NCBI GenBank assembly: GCA_937898525.1
Contig: CALCBC010000066.1
Coordinates: 31,101 to 95,100, forward strand
Direction of reading: 5' to 3'
Source: an uncultured Sphingomonadales bacterium
GTDB lineage: Bacteria > Pseudomonadota > Alphaproteobacteria > Sphingomonadales > Sphingomonadaceae
Length of the DNA stretch: 64,000 nt
Shown one piece after another: positions 56,273 through 64,000 of the stretch. Made by a program: the position numbers and the translations under genes. Within the stretch, counting starts at the first letter, position 1. The number at the start of each line of letters is the position of its first letter. The notes under the pieces are model-generated. The model was not told the origin of the DNA. It made no database searches and was given only the letters and a program-made list of their open reading frames with translations.

Positions 56273-57069
56273 GCTCCTCGCGCGCGCCGCGCGAGGATTT
56301 CCTCGCAGACCTTGTAGGTCCGCTCGTTGTCGACATCGACGGCGAGCGCGCCGTCGGTGAACTCGATCACTCGCACGACCAGTCCGAGCCGGCGGCTCAA
56401 CCGCCGCATCGCCGCCTCGCGACTGAACACCCCGAGCCGCAGCAGCAGGATGTTGTGCAGGCCGAACGCGGTGACCATCCGCCAGACGCTCTTCATGAAC
56501 TGCCCCCCGCCGCGAAACACCTGCGCCCCGGCGTCGATCGCCTTGCGGTTGGCGAGGGCATAGACGTTGCAGTTGGCGTATTCGTCGTCGCGGAAGCGGT
56601 AGAAGTTTCGCTGGCCCTCCGGGTGCGCCGCCAGCACGTTGCTCCGGCGCGCCATCGCGGCGACCGCGTCGGCGCCTTCCAGGGCCTCGCGGACCTGAGC
56701 CACGGCGTCGGGCGTGAGCAGGACGTTGTCCGCGGTCGTGACGAAAAACGGACCAGGGTCGTTTCCGGTCGCCGAGACGAGGCTGTCGGCGAGGCGCGCC
56801 TCGCTCGGCACGAGGTGGATCGGCGCGTTCCTCTCGGCGAACTGCGCGAGGATCGGTCGCAACTCGGGCTCCGCCGAGGGCTCGACCGAGATGCGGATCT
56901 CGGCGAGCCCCGGGACTGTGGTCAGCGTCTCGAGCACGTGCGCGATCAGCGGTTTGCCGGCGATCGGCACGAGGCACTTGTGCGACACGCCGGCCCGCGC
57001 CGCGAGCGGGTTGACCACGCCCTGCCGCTGACCGGCGAGCACGATCGCGATCGTCGTCGCTTCAGGCAT
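56269..57069 (-). CDS. Nucleotidyltransferase (MobA/GT-A NTP transferase family)
   Basis: IVLAGQR...KCLVPIAGKPLIAHV, TTADN, DVD. Start moved to ATG 57069. Confidence 0.82.
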   Translation of the reverse strand: MPEATTIAIVLAGQRQGVVNPLAARAGVSHKCLVPIAGKPLIAHVLETLTTVPGLAEIRISVEPSAEPELRPILAQFAERNAPIHLVPSEARLADSLVSATGNDPGPFFVTTADNVLLTPDAVAQVREALEGADAVAAMARRSNVLAAHPEGQRNFYRFRDDEYANCNVYALANRKAIDAGAQVFRGGGQFMKSVWRMVTAFGLHNILLLRLGVFSREAAMRRLSRRLGLVVRVIEFTDGALAVDVDNERTYKVCEEILARRARGA

Positions 57070-57125
57070 GCTCGCCGTCGGTGCGGAAGGAGCGTCCCAT
57101 GGGACGAGGCGATCGGCGGTAAGCG

Positions 57126-59753
57126 TCAGTCGCCGAAGGTCCGTTGCCACCAGCCGCTGCGGCGCGGCCTGGCTGCTTCGGCCTCCGCCTCAGGCTCGGG
57201 TGCGGCCTCCGCCTCAGGCTCGGGAGTGCTGGCCGCAACGGCTTCCGTCACGGGTTCCGCTTCCTCCGCCGAGACCTCGTCGGCCTTCTTGCGGCGCGAG
57301 CGCCTGGGCTTGGCGGGCTCTGCTTCGGCTGCGGGTTCGACGGCCGCTTCGACAGCCTCCGGTTCGGCCCCGTCGGCCTTCCTGCGGCGCGAGCGGGGCT
57401 TCGGAGAGGGCTCCGTCTCCGCCTCCGCCGGCGAGGCCTCATTCACCGGCTCCTCGTCGGCTGCCTTTGCCTTGCGCCGACGGCTGCGCAGTTTCGGCGC
57501 CTCCTCGTCCGGCTCAGGCTCGGCTTCGGTCGCGAGTTCGGCGGGCTGCTCTTCGGCGCTCGCCTCCGCCTCCTCGGCATCCGCGACCTCGGCTACCGCC
57601 TCGCCCTCGGCATCTGCGTGGCGACGGCGACGACGGCCGCCGCGCCGCCGGCGCTTGCGCGGCCGTTCGCCGGCTTCGTCTTCCTCGGTACGCGGCGCTT
57701 CGTCGCGCTCACCGTCCTCGTCCTCGGACGTCTCCTCGCCGCTCGCCTCGCGGTCCTCGCGATTGCGCCCGCGGCCGCCACGGCGGCGCCGGCGCCGCTT
57801 GCCGCGGCCTTCGCCGTCGGAACGCTCCTCGCGCGCTTCTTCCTCGTCCTCGAGCTCGAGTTCGTCCTCGGCAACCGGCTCGTCGTCGTCTTCTTCTTCG
57901 ACGAGCGGGGCGAAGCGGGGGATCGAGGCCGGCCGCGGGCCGGTGCTGGCGACGCGCATCTTGGCGCCTTCCTGCTCGCCCTCGGGCAGCACCTCGACCT
58001 TGACGCCGTAGCGCTGTTCGATCTCCGCAAGGTCGGCGCGCTTGGCGTTGAGCAGGTACACCGCGGCCTCGGTCGAGGCGTAGAGCGTGATCGTCGTGCC
58101 CTTGCCCTTGGCTGCCTCGTCCTCGATCAGCCGCAGCGCCGAGAGGCCGGCGCTCGAGGCCGTGCGCACGAGACCGGTGCCGTCGCAGTGCGGGCAGGGG
58201 CGGGTGGTCGCTTCGAGCACGCCGGTGCGCAGCCGCTGGCGGCTCATTTCCATCAGCCCGAAGCCGGAAATGCGGCCGACCTGGATGCGCGCGCGGTCGT
58301 TCTTGAGCGCCTCCTTCATCGCCTTCTCGACCTTCCGGATGTTCGATCCGTACTCCATGTCGATGAAGTCGATGACGATGAGCCCGGCCATGTCGCGCAG
58401 GCGCAACTGGCGGGCGATCTCGCGCGCCGCCTCGAGGTTGGTGTTGAGCGCGGTCGCCTCGATGCCGTGCTCCTTGGTCGAGCGGCCCGAGTTGATGTCG
58501 ATCGAGACCAGCGCCTCGGTCGGGTTGATCACCAGGTAGCCGCCGCTCTTGAGCTGCACCACCGGGTCGTACATCGCCGAGAGCTGGTCCTCGGCGCCGT
58601 AGCGCTGGAACAGCGGCACCGGGTCGACGTACTGCTTCACGCGCCGGGCATGGCTCGGCATCAGCAGCTTCATGAACTCCTTGGCCGCGCGGTAGCCGCC
58701 TTCGCCTTCGACGACGACTTCCTCGATCTCGCGGTTGTAGATGTCGCGAATCGCGCGCTTCACGAGGTCGCTGTCCGAATGGATCAGCGCCGGCGCGCTC
58801 GAGGCGAGGGTCCGCTCGCGGATCTCGTCCCACAGGCGGGCGAGGTAGTCGAAGTCGCGCTTGATTTCGGTCTTGTTGCGCTGGAGGCCGGCCGTGCGGA
58901 CGATCAGCCCCATCGACTTGGGCAGGGTCAGCTCGCTGACGATCTGCTTCAGCCGCTTGCGGTCGGCGCCGCTCGAGATCTTGCGGCTGATGCCGCCGCC
59001 GTGGCTCGAGTTCGGCATCAGCACGCAGTAGCGGCCGGCGAGGCTGAGGTAGGTGGTCAGCGCTGCGCCCTTGTTGCCGCGCTCTTCCTTGACGACCTGG
59101 ACGAGCAGCACCTGGCGCCGCTGGATCACGTCCTGGATCTTGTAGCGGCGCCGCAGCGCCTGGCGCTTGGCGCGCAGTTCGTCGATCTCCTTGGCGCGCG
59201 ACTGGCCGCGGCCCTGGCGGCGCGAGCGCCCGCGCCGTTCGCGCGGGGCTGGCTCGCCTTCTTCATCCACGACGATGTCGGCCTCGGCGTCTTCCGCCTC
59301 GTCGTCCTCGTCACCGTTCTCGACCAGGCCATCCTCGATCGTGGCGACATGATCCTTGTCGCCGGAGTCGATCTCCTCGACGTGCGAGACCTCGTCGTCC
59401 TCGGCGGCGAAGACTTCCTCTTCGTCGTCGTCTTCGTCGGCGCGCAGCGCGGCTTCTTCCTCCGCGTGCGCCTGCTCTTCTGCGAGCAGGGCAGCGCGGT
59501 CGGCTGCGGGAATCTGGTAGTAGTCCGGGTGGATTTCGCTGAAGGCGAGAAATCCATGCCGGTTGCCGCCGAAATCGACGAACGCCGCCTGCAGCGACGG
59601 TTCGACTCGCGTTACCTTGGCGAGATAGATGTTACCCTTGATCTGCTTGTGTTCGGCAGATTCGAAATCGAATTCCTCAATCCGGTTGCCCTTGAGCACC
59701 GCCACCCGCGTTTCTTCCGGGTGGCGCGCATCGATCAGCATGCGCGTTGCCAT
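57126..59753 (-). CDS. rne: Ribonuclease E
   Basis: GNIYLAKVTRVEPSLQAAFVD, KEERGNKGA, SLAGRY, SIDINSG, IDFIDM, CPHC zinc link, disordered acidic/Arg-rich tail ending GWWQRTFGD. Confidence 0.97.
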   Translation of the reverse strand: MATRMLIDARHPEETRVAVLKGNRIEEFDFESAEHKQIKGNIYLAKVTRVEPSLQAAFVDFGGNRHGFLAFSEIHPDYYQIPAADRAALLAEEQAHAEEEAALRADEDDDEEEVFAAEDDEVSHVEEIDSGDKDHVATIEDGLVENGDEDDEAEDAEADIVVDEEGEPAPRERRGRSRRQGRGQSRAKEIDELRAKRQALRRRYKIQDVIQRRQVLLVQVVKEERGNKGAALTTYLSLAGRYCVLMPNSSHGGGISRKISSGADRKRLKQIVSELTLPKSMGLIVRTAGLQRNKTEIKRDFDYLARLWDEIRERTLASSAPALIHSDSDLVKRAIRDIYNREIEEVVVEGEGGYRAAKEFMKLLMPSHARRVKQYVDPVPLFQRYGAEDQLSAMYDPVVQLKSGGYLVINPTEALVSIDINSGRSTKEHGIEATALNTNLEAAREIARQLRLRDMAGLIVIDFIDMEYGSNIRKVEKAMKEALKNDRARIQVGRISGFGLMEMSRQRLRTGVLEATTRPCPHCDGTGLVRTASSAGLSALRLIEDEAAKGKGTTITLYASTEAAVYLLNAKRADLAEIEQRYGVKVEVLPEGEQEGAKMRVASTGPRPASIPRFAPLVEEEDDDEPVAEDELELEDEEEAREERSDGEGRGKRRRRRRGGRGRNREDREASGEETSEDEDGERDEAPRTEEDEAGERPRKRRRRGGRRRRRHADAEGEAVAEVADAEEAEASAEEQPAELATEAEPEPDEEAPKLRSRRRKAKAADEEPVNEASPAEAETEPSPKPRSRRRKADGAEPEAVEAAVEPAAEAEPAKPRRSRRKKADEVSAEEAEPVTEAVAASTPEPEAEAAPEPEAEAEAARPRRSGWWQRTFGD
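57180..57395. repeat. Short coding direct repeats in the RNase E C-terminal tail
   Basis: ggcctccgcctcaggctcggg at 57180-57200 and 57204-57224 (PEPEAEA). gtcggccttc(t/c)tgcggcgcgagcg at 57279-57302 and 57372-57395 (RSRR(K/R)KAD). Confidence 0.7.
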
Positions 59754-60199
59754 TGAATAGTCTCCGGGCGCGTGCGGCTTCCTTGCCCTGGTCCGAAAGG
59801 AACAGGCGGGCAGCCGGGACGCGCCGATCTGTGTGGTTTCCGCCGCGGGAGCGAGCGGAGAATGGATAGGCGCGGCCGGCAACGAGGCCGGAAACGCCGC
59901 GGAACGTGTCTGCCGGAATGCGAAGGCGCGGGGACACTGACCGCGCGGGGGCAATCGCCGCGACGCAACCGTCCGGTTGCGAGTTGGCGAAATGGCCTGG
60001 GCTTCTCATTCGGGCATCAACCTGCAAGCGTGTCCGGAGCTTCAAGTCGGAGCTCCGGCGGAGCCGGCACGGCCGGGTCGAGGACCCGGTCGCCGGACAC
60101 GGGTTTGCTAGCATCGGGGGAATGGCTCGGCAACCTTATTGCGCCGTCGAGCAAAAAACCCTTGGTTCGCGAGGCAAGGCGCCGTTAACCAGCGGCGGG

Positions 60200-61087
60200 A
60201 TGCCTTACCGACTGCAGCTTGCGCTCGTGTTCGTCGCGCCCGTCATGCTCCTGCTGGCGCTTTACGGACTCGGCCTTGCGCTGGGCGTCGAACCTCCGCT
60301 GCTTGGGCGGGGCTATGTGATCCGGGTCGAACTGCCGGATCCGAGCGAGGGTGTCGGGCTGCCTCCGGTCGAGGGACCGCAAGGTCCGGGCCGTCCGCTG
60401 ATCGTGATCGATGCCGGGCACGGCGGGCACGACCCTGGCGCCAGCGGCACCGGGCCGCTGGCCGGGACCAGGGAAAAGACCCTCGCGCTCGGCCTCGCGC
60501 GCGCCCTGCGAGACGAGCTCCTGCGCGGAGGCGGGGTGCGCGTCGCGATGACCCGCGACGACGACCGGTTCCTTGCCCTCGAGGAGCGTTCGGAGATCGC
60601 CCGGGCGCTCGGCGCGGACCTGTTCCTCTCGATTCATGCCGATTCGGCGGGCGAGAAGTCGGGAATCAGCGGGGCCAGCGTCTATACGCTCTCGACCCGG
60701 GCCTCGAGCGAGGCCGCGGAGCGGTTCGCAGCGCGCGAGAACAGTGCCGACATGGTCAACGGGGTACGCCTCGCCGGGCGGGACGAGAACGTCAACGCGA
60801 TCCTCGTCGAGCTGTCGCAGCGGCGGACCCAGGAACAGTCGGACGAATTTGCTTCGCTGATCCTTCGCGAGGGACAGAGCGTGCTCGACTTCCACCCGCA
60901 GGCGAAGCGCTCGGCGGCCCTCGTCGTGCTGCGCGCACCCGATGTTCCCTCGGCGCTGTTCGAGGCCGGCTTCATCTCCAACCCCGAGGACGCGGAGCGC
61001 CTGGCATCCCCCGAAGGTCAGCGCCGCTTCGCAGAGGCGATGGCCCGTGCCGTACGGATCTATTTCGCGCGGCAGTCGAACCCCTAG
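60200..61087 (+). CDS. N-acetylmuramoyl-L-alanine amidase (Amidase_3)
   Basis: IDAGHGGHDPGA, REK, TRDDD, SIHADS, SAALVVLRAPDVPSALFEAGFISN. Start moved to ATG 60200. Confidence 0.92.
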   Translation: MPYRLQLALVFVAPVMLLLALYGLGLALGVEPPLLGRGYVIRVELPDPSEGVGLPPVEGPQGPGRPLIVIDAGHGGHDPGASGTGPLAGTREKTLALGLARALRDELLRGGGVRVAMTRDDDRFLALEERSEIARALGADLFLSIHADSAGEKSGISGASVYTLSTRASSEAAERFAARENSADMVNGVRLAGRDENVNAILVELSQRRTQEQSDEFASLILREGQSVLDFHPQAKRSAALVVLRAPDVPSALFEAGFISNPEDAERLASPEGQRRFAEAMARAVRIYFARQSNP

Positions 61088-61161
61088 GCCGCCCGGCATC
61101 GCCGAATTTGGTCGTATCGTTCTGGCGCGCGGCGGAATCCGCGTGCTAAAGGCGCGCCGAC

Positions 61162-63687
61162 ATGGCCGAAACCGATCAGACCGCCGGCGAATCGTTCACC
61201 TACCGCATCCGCCGCGAAGCGAGCGGCGTCCTCGCGTGGTACCGCGAGGCCTGGCGCGAGAAGCGCTGGGTCCGCTGGGCGTCGTGGGCGGTGCTGGCCT
61301 TCGTCGTGCTCTGGGCACTGGTCTGGGTCCTGCTGGCGCGCGACCTGCCCGATGCCGAGATGCTGCTCGAGTACGAGCCGCCGCTGCCGACGATGGTGCG
61401 CGGGGCCGACGGCGAAATCGTTCACTCCTACGCGCGCGAACGGCGCGTACAGCTGCAATACAAGGATTTCCCGCCGCAGCTCGTTAACGCCTTTACCTCG
61501 GTCGAGGACGAGACGTTCTGGACCCACGGCGGCATCGACATCACCGGCACGCTGAACGCGGTGTTCGACTATGCCACCAAGCTCGGTTCGGGCCAGCGCG
61601 CGGTCGGCGGTTCGACGATCACCCAGCAGGTCGCGAAGAACATCCTGCTCGGCAACGAGTACTCGATCACCCGCAAGCTCAAGGAGATGATCCTCGCCCG
61701 GCGCATCGAAAGCGTGCTGAGCAAGCGCGAGATCATGGAGCTTTACCTGAACGAGATTCCGCTCGGCCGGCGCAGTTTCGGCGTGCAGGCCGCGAGCCGC
61801 GCCTATTTCAACCGCGACGTGGACGATCTCGAGCTGCACCAGATGGCGTTTCTCGCCATCCTGCCCAAGGCGCCCGAACGCTATGGACGCGCTGCCTATG
61901 CCGACGAGGCGCTTGCCCGGCGCAACTTCGTGCTCGACGTGATGGCCGAGAACGGCCACATCACCGAGACGCAGGCGGCCGAGGCGAAGGCGAAGCCGCT
62001 GGGCCTCGTCACCCAGCAGGCCGAAGTGCGCTCGGTCGACGCCGGCTATTTCCTGGAAGAGGTCCGGCGGCGCCTGATCGAGCGCTACGGCGAGCAGGCC
62101 GAGGACGGGCCGCACAGCGTCTATGCAGGCGGCCTGTGGGTCCGCACGTCGCTCGACACCGAAATGCAGGCGGCCGCCCGCAATGCACTGCGCGCAGGGC
62201 TGATCCGCTTTTCCGCGGGCCGTCCCTGGCACGGACCGATCGCCACGATCGATCCCTCCAAGGGGGACCTGACCGAGCAGCTCGCTTCGACCAACATCGG
62301 CATCGACTACCTCGACTGGCGGGTCGGCGTGGTAGTAGCGCGCTCGGGCAACTCGGCGACGATCGGCTTTGCGAATGGCGAGGAAGCGCCGCTGGCCAAC
62401 TTCCCCGACGCAATCAAGGTCGGCGACGTCACGGCGGTGGCGCCGAGCGGCAACGCGTGGGCTGTTCGCACGGTCCCCGAGGTGCAGGGCGGCTTTGTCG
62501 TCATGGACCCGAACACCGGCCGCGTTCTCGCCATGCAGGGCGGCTTCGACTTCCGCCTGAGCGACTTCAACCGGGCCACGCAGGCGCTGCGCCAGCCCGG
62601 TTCGACGATCAAGCCGTTCGTCTACGCCACCGGCCTCGACCAGGGGATGACCCCGGCGACGATGGTCCCCGACCAGACCTTCTGCGTCTACCAGGGCGCG
62701 AACCTCGGGGAGAAGTGCTTCCGCAACTTCGGCGGCGGTGGCGGTGGCGAGCACACGATGCGCTGGGGCCTCGAGCAGTCGCGCAACCTGATGACCGTGC
62801 ACATCGCCGCCGACGCCGGGATGGAGAACGTCAACAACACCTTCGAGCGCGTCGGCATCGGCCGCTACGAGAACTACCTGTCGTTCGCGCTCGGCGCCGG
62901 CGAGACCACGGTGCTCAAGATGGTCAATGCCTACGCGGCGCTGGCCAACAACGGCCTGCAGCACACGCCGACGCTGATCGACTACGTCCAGGACCGCCGC
63001 GGCAAGGTCATCTGGCGCGCCGACCAGCGCGAGTGCAAGGGCTGCAACATGGACGCGTGGGACGGCAAGCCGATGCCCCGCCTGCGCGAGCAGGGCCGCG
63101 TGGTGATGGACCCGCGCACGGCCTACCAGGTCACGCACATGCTCGAAGGGGTGGTTCAGCGAGGAACCGCGACCGTGCTGCGCGACCTCGGCATCCCGCT
63201 GTTCGGCAAGACCGGGACGACATCGGGCCCGACCGACGTGTGGTTCGTCGGCGGTTCGCCCGACATCGTCGGCGGAGTCTATATCGGCTACGACCAGCCC
63301 CGCAGCCTCGGCGGATGGGCCCAGGGTGGACGGGTCGCGGCGCCGATCTTCAAGCAGTTCGTGCAGGAAACCCGCTCCAAGTGGTCCGGCCGGCCGTTCC
63401 TTGCGCCCGAGGGCGTGCGGATGGTCCGCATCGACCGGCGCACCGGCAACCGCGTGTTCGACGGGTGGCCGACGGACGAGCCGCAGGCGGCGGTCATCTG
63501 GGAGGCGTTCAAGCCCGACACCGAACCCAGGCGCACGCGTCGGCAGGACGAAGCCGACCAGCTGCGCGAGCTGGTTCTCGCCCATCTGCGCGGCGCGACC
63601 GGGGCGGGTGCCTCCGCACAGAGCCCGGCCGAGGCCGAAGGGGCACAGCAGACCAATTTCGTCGAGGAAAGCGGCGGCATCTACTAG
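61162..63687 (+). CDS. mrcA: Class A penicillin-binding protein 1A
   Basis: Transglycosylase motifs EDETF, GGSTITQQVAKN, RKLKE, YLN. Transpeptidase motifs STIK, SRN, KTG. Confidence 0.95.
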   Translation: MAETDQTAGESFTYRIRREASGVLAWYREAWREKRWVRWASWAVLAFVVLWALVWVLLARDLPDAEMLLEYEPPLPTMVRGADGEIVHSYARERRVQLQYKDFPPQLVNAFTSVEDETFWTHGGIDITGTLNAVFDYATKLGSGQRAVGGSTITQQVAKNILLGNEYSITRKLKEMILARRIESVLSKREIMELYLNEIPLGRRSFGVQAASRAYFNRDVDDLELHQMAFLAILPKAPERYGRAAYADEALARRNFVLDVMAENGHITETQAAEAKAKPLGLVTQQAEVRSVDAGYFLEEVRRRLIERYGEQAEDGPHSVYAGGLWVRTSLDTEMQAAARNALRAGLIRFSAGRPWHGPIATIDPSKGDLTEQLASTNIGIDYLDWRVGVVVARSGNSATIGFANGEEAPLANFPDAIKVGDVTAVAPSGNAWAVRTVPEVQGGFVVMDPNTGRVLAMQGGFDFRLSDFNRATQALRQPGSTIKPFVYATGLDQGMTPATMVPDQTFCVYQGANLGEKCFRNFGGGGGGEHTMRWGLEQSRNLMTVHIAADAGMENVNNTFERVGIGRYENYLSFALGAGETTVLKMVNAYAALANNGLQHTPTLIDYVQDRRGKVIWRADQRECKGCNMDAWDGKPMPRLREQGRVVMDPRTAYQVTHMLEGVVQRGTATVLRDLGIPLFGKTGTTSGPTDVWFVGGSPDIVGGVYIGYDQPRSLGGWAQGGRVAAPIFKQFVQETRSKWSGRPFLAPEGVRMVRIDRRTGNRVFDGWPTDEPQAAVIWEAFKPDTEPRRTRRQDEADQLRELVLAHLRGATGAGASAQSPAEAEGAQQTNFVEESGGIY

Positions 63688-63706
63688 GCCTGCGGGGCCC
63701 TTCCGC

Positions 63707-63748
63707 GACAAATGTCCATATGGACTTTGTCCGGTCGGCATGCATAAT
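63707..63748 (+). promoter_or_regulatory. Sigma70-like promoter overlapped by a 25-bp palindrome
   Basis: gacaaatgtccatatggactttgtc (63707-63731) is a near-perfect inverted repeat. TGGACT-N16-CATAAT ends 7 bp before the ATG. Confidence 0.55.
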
Positions 63749-63755
63749 TCCGCGC

Positions 63756-64000
63756 ATGACCAAACGCCCGCTGATGCTCGCCGCGGCGGTGGCCGCCCTG
63801 TTCGCAACGCCCGGGAATGCCGCGCTCGAGGAAGGGCAGCACGTCCCCTCGCTCGTGACGCAGGGGGCACTCGACGGCAAGGCCTTTCCCTTCAACCTGC
63901 AGCAGGCGCTGCGCCAGGGACCCGTGGTGCTGTACTTCTTCCCCAAGGCCAACACGCCGGGCTGCAATCTCGAGGCCAAGGCTTTCGCCGAGAAGATTGA
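63756..64000 (+). CDS. Exported peroxiredoxin (BCP/AhpC-TSA family), 3'-truncated by window edge
   Basis: Not in the ORF track; translated by hand as MTKRPLMLAAAVAALFATPGNAALEEG...PVVLYFFPKANTPGCNLEA, with a PxxxTxxC active site and a signal peptide. Confidence 0.85.
   Translation, partial: MTKRPLMLAAAVAALFATPGNAALEEGQHVPSLVTQGALDGKAFPFNLQQALRQGPVVLYFFPKANTPGCNLEAKAFAEKI

Noticed and set aside
61084-63870. 928-aa antisense ORF opposite PBP1A, and similar long shadow ORFs (e.g. 54359-56977, 55312-58011, 57144-59756, 11085-12917, 43277-45268)
   Set aside because: They overlap well-supported genes, have no recognisable motifs and are Arg/Ala/Gly/Pro-rich. This is expected from stop-codon scarcity in high-GC DNA.
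1-64000. rRNA, tRNA, riboswitch and CRISPR arrays
   Set aside because: None were recognised by eye. Intergenic spaces are mostly too short, but a covariance-model scan would be needed to exclude small RNAs.

Overview
GC-rich alphaproteobacterial chromosome segment whose gene set and order point to Sphingomonadales, probably Erythrobacteraceae (inference). It holds two parts of an exosortase A/PEP-CTERM exopolysaccharide system. The regulatory part (1-5.6 kb) has a sugar transferase, PrsK, PrsR and a TPR protein. The biosynthetic part (28.5-46.4 kb) has fused hydrolases, ACP, GNAT, ligase, PLP decarboxylase, Wza/Wzc-type genes, deacetylase, FemAB, glycosyltransferase, XrtA and amidotransferase, and is followed by an RpfF-like DSF synthase. 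Housekeeping genes include panB, moaB, ETF-QO, ispE, ilvD, nnr, zapE, sdhB, rne, an amidase and PBP1A. The most unusual items are: (1) a tandemly duplicated module of a small unknown protein and a divergent TPR-sulfotransferase, with a conserved 31-bp promoter block, between ETF-QO and ispE; (2) an 87-bp palindromic element lying in-frame at the junction of two usually separate hydrolase genes; (3) a divergent pair of a Ddl-like ATP-grasp ligase and an uncharacterised PLP-fold enzyme next to a nucleotidyltransferase; (4) imuA-imuB with a LexA box but no adjacent dnaE2, back-to-back with an EcfG-type promoter. No rRNA, tRNA, CRISPR array, transposase or integrase was recognised. Family names, TIGRFAM numbers and promoter consensus sequences are recalled from memory; no search was run. 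Several start codons were moved from the ORF track using overlaps, ribosome-binding sites and paralog alignment.
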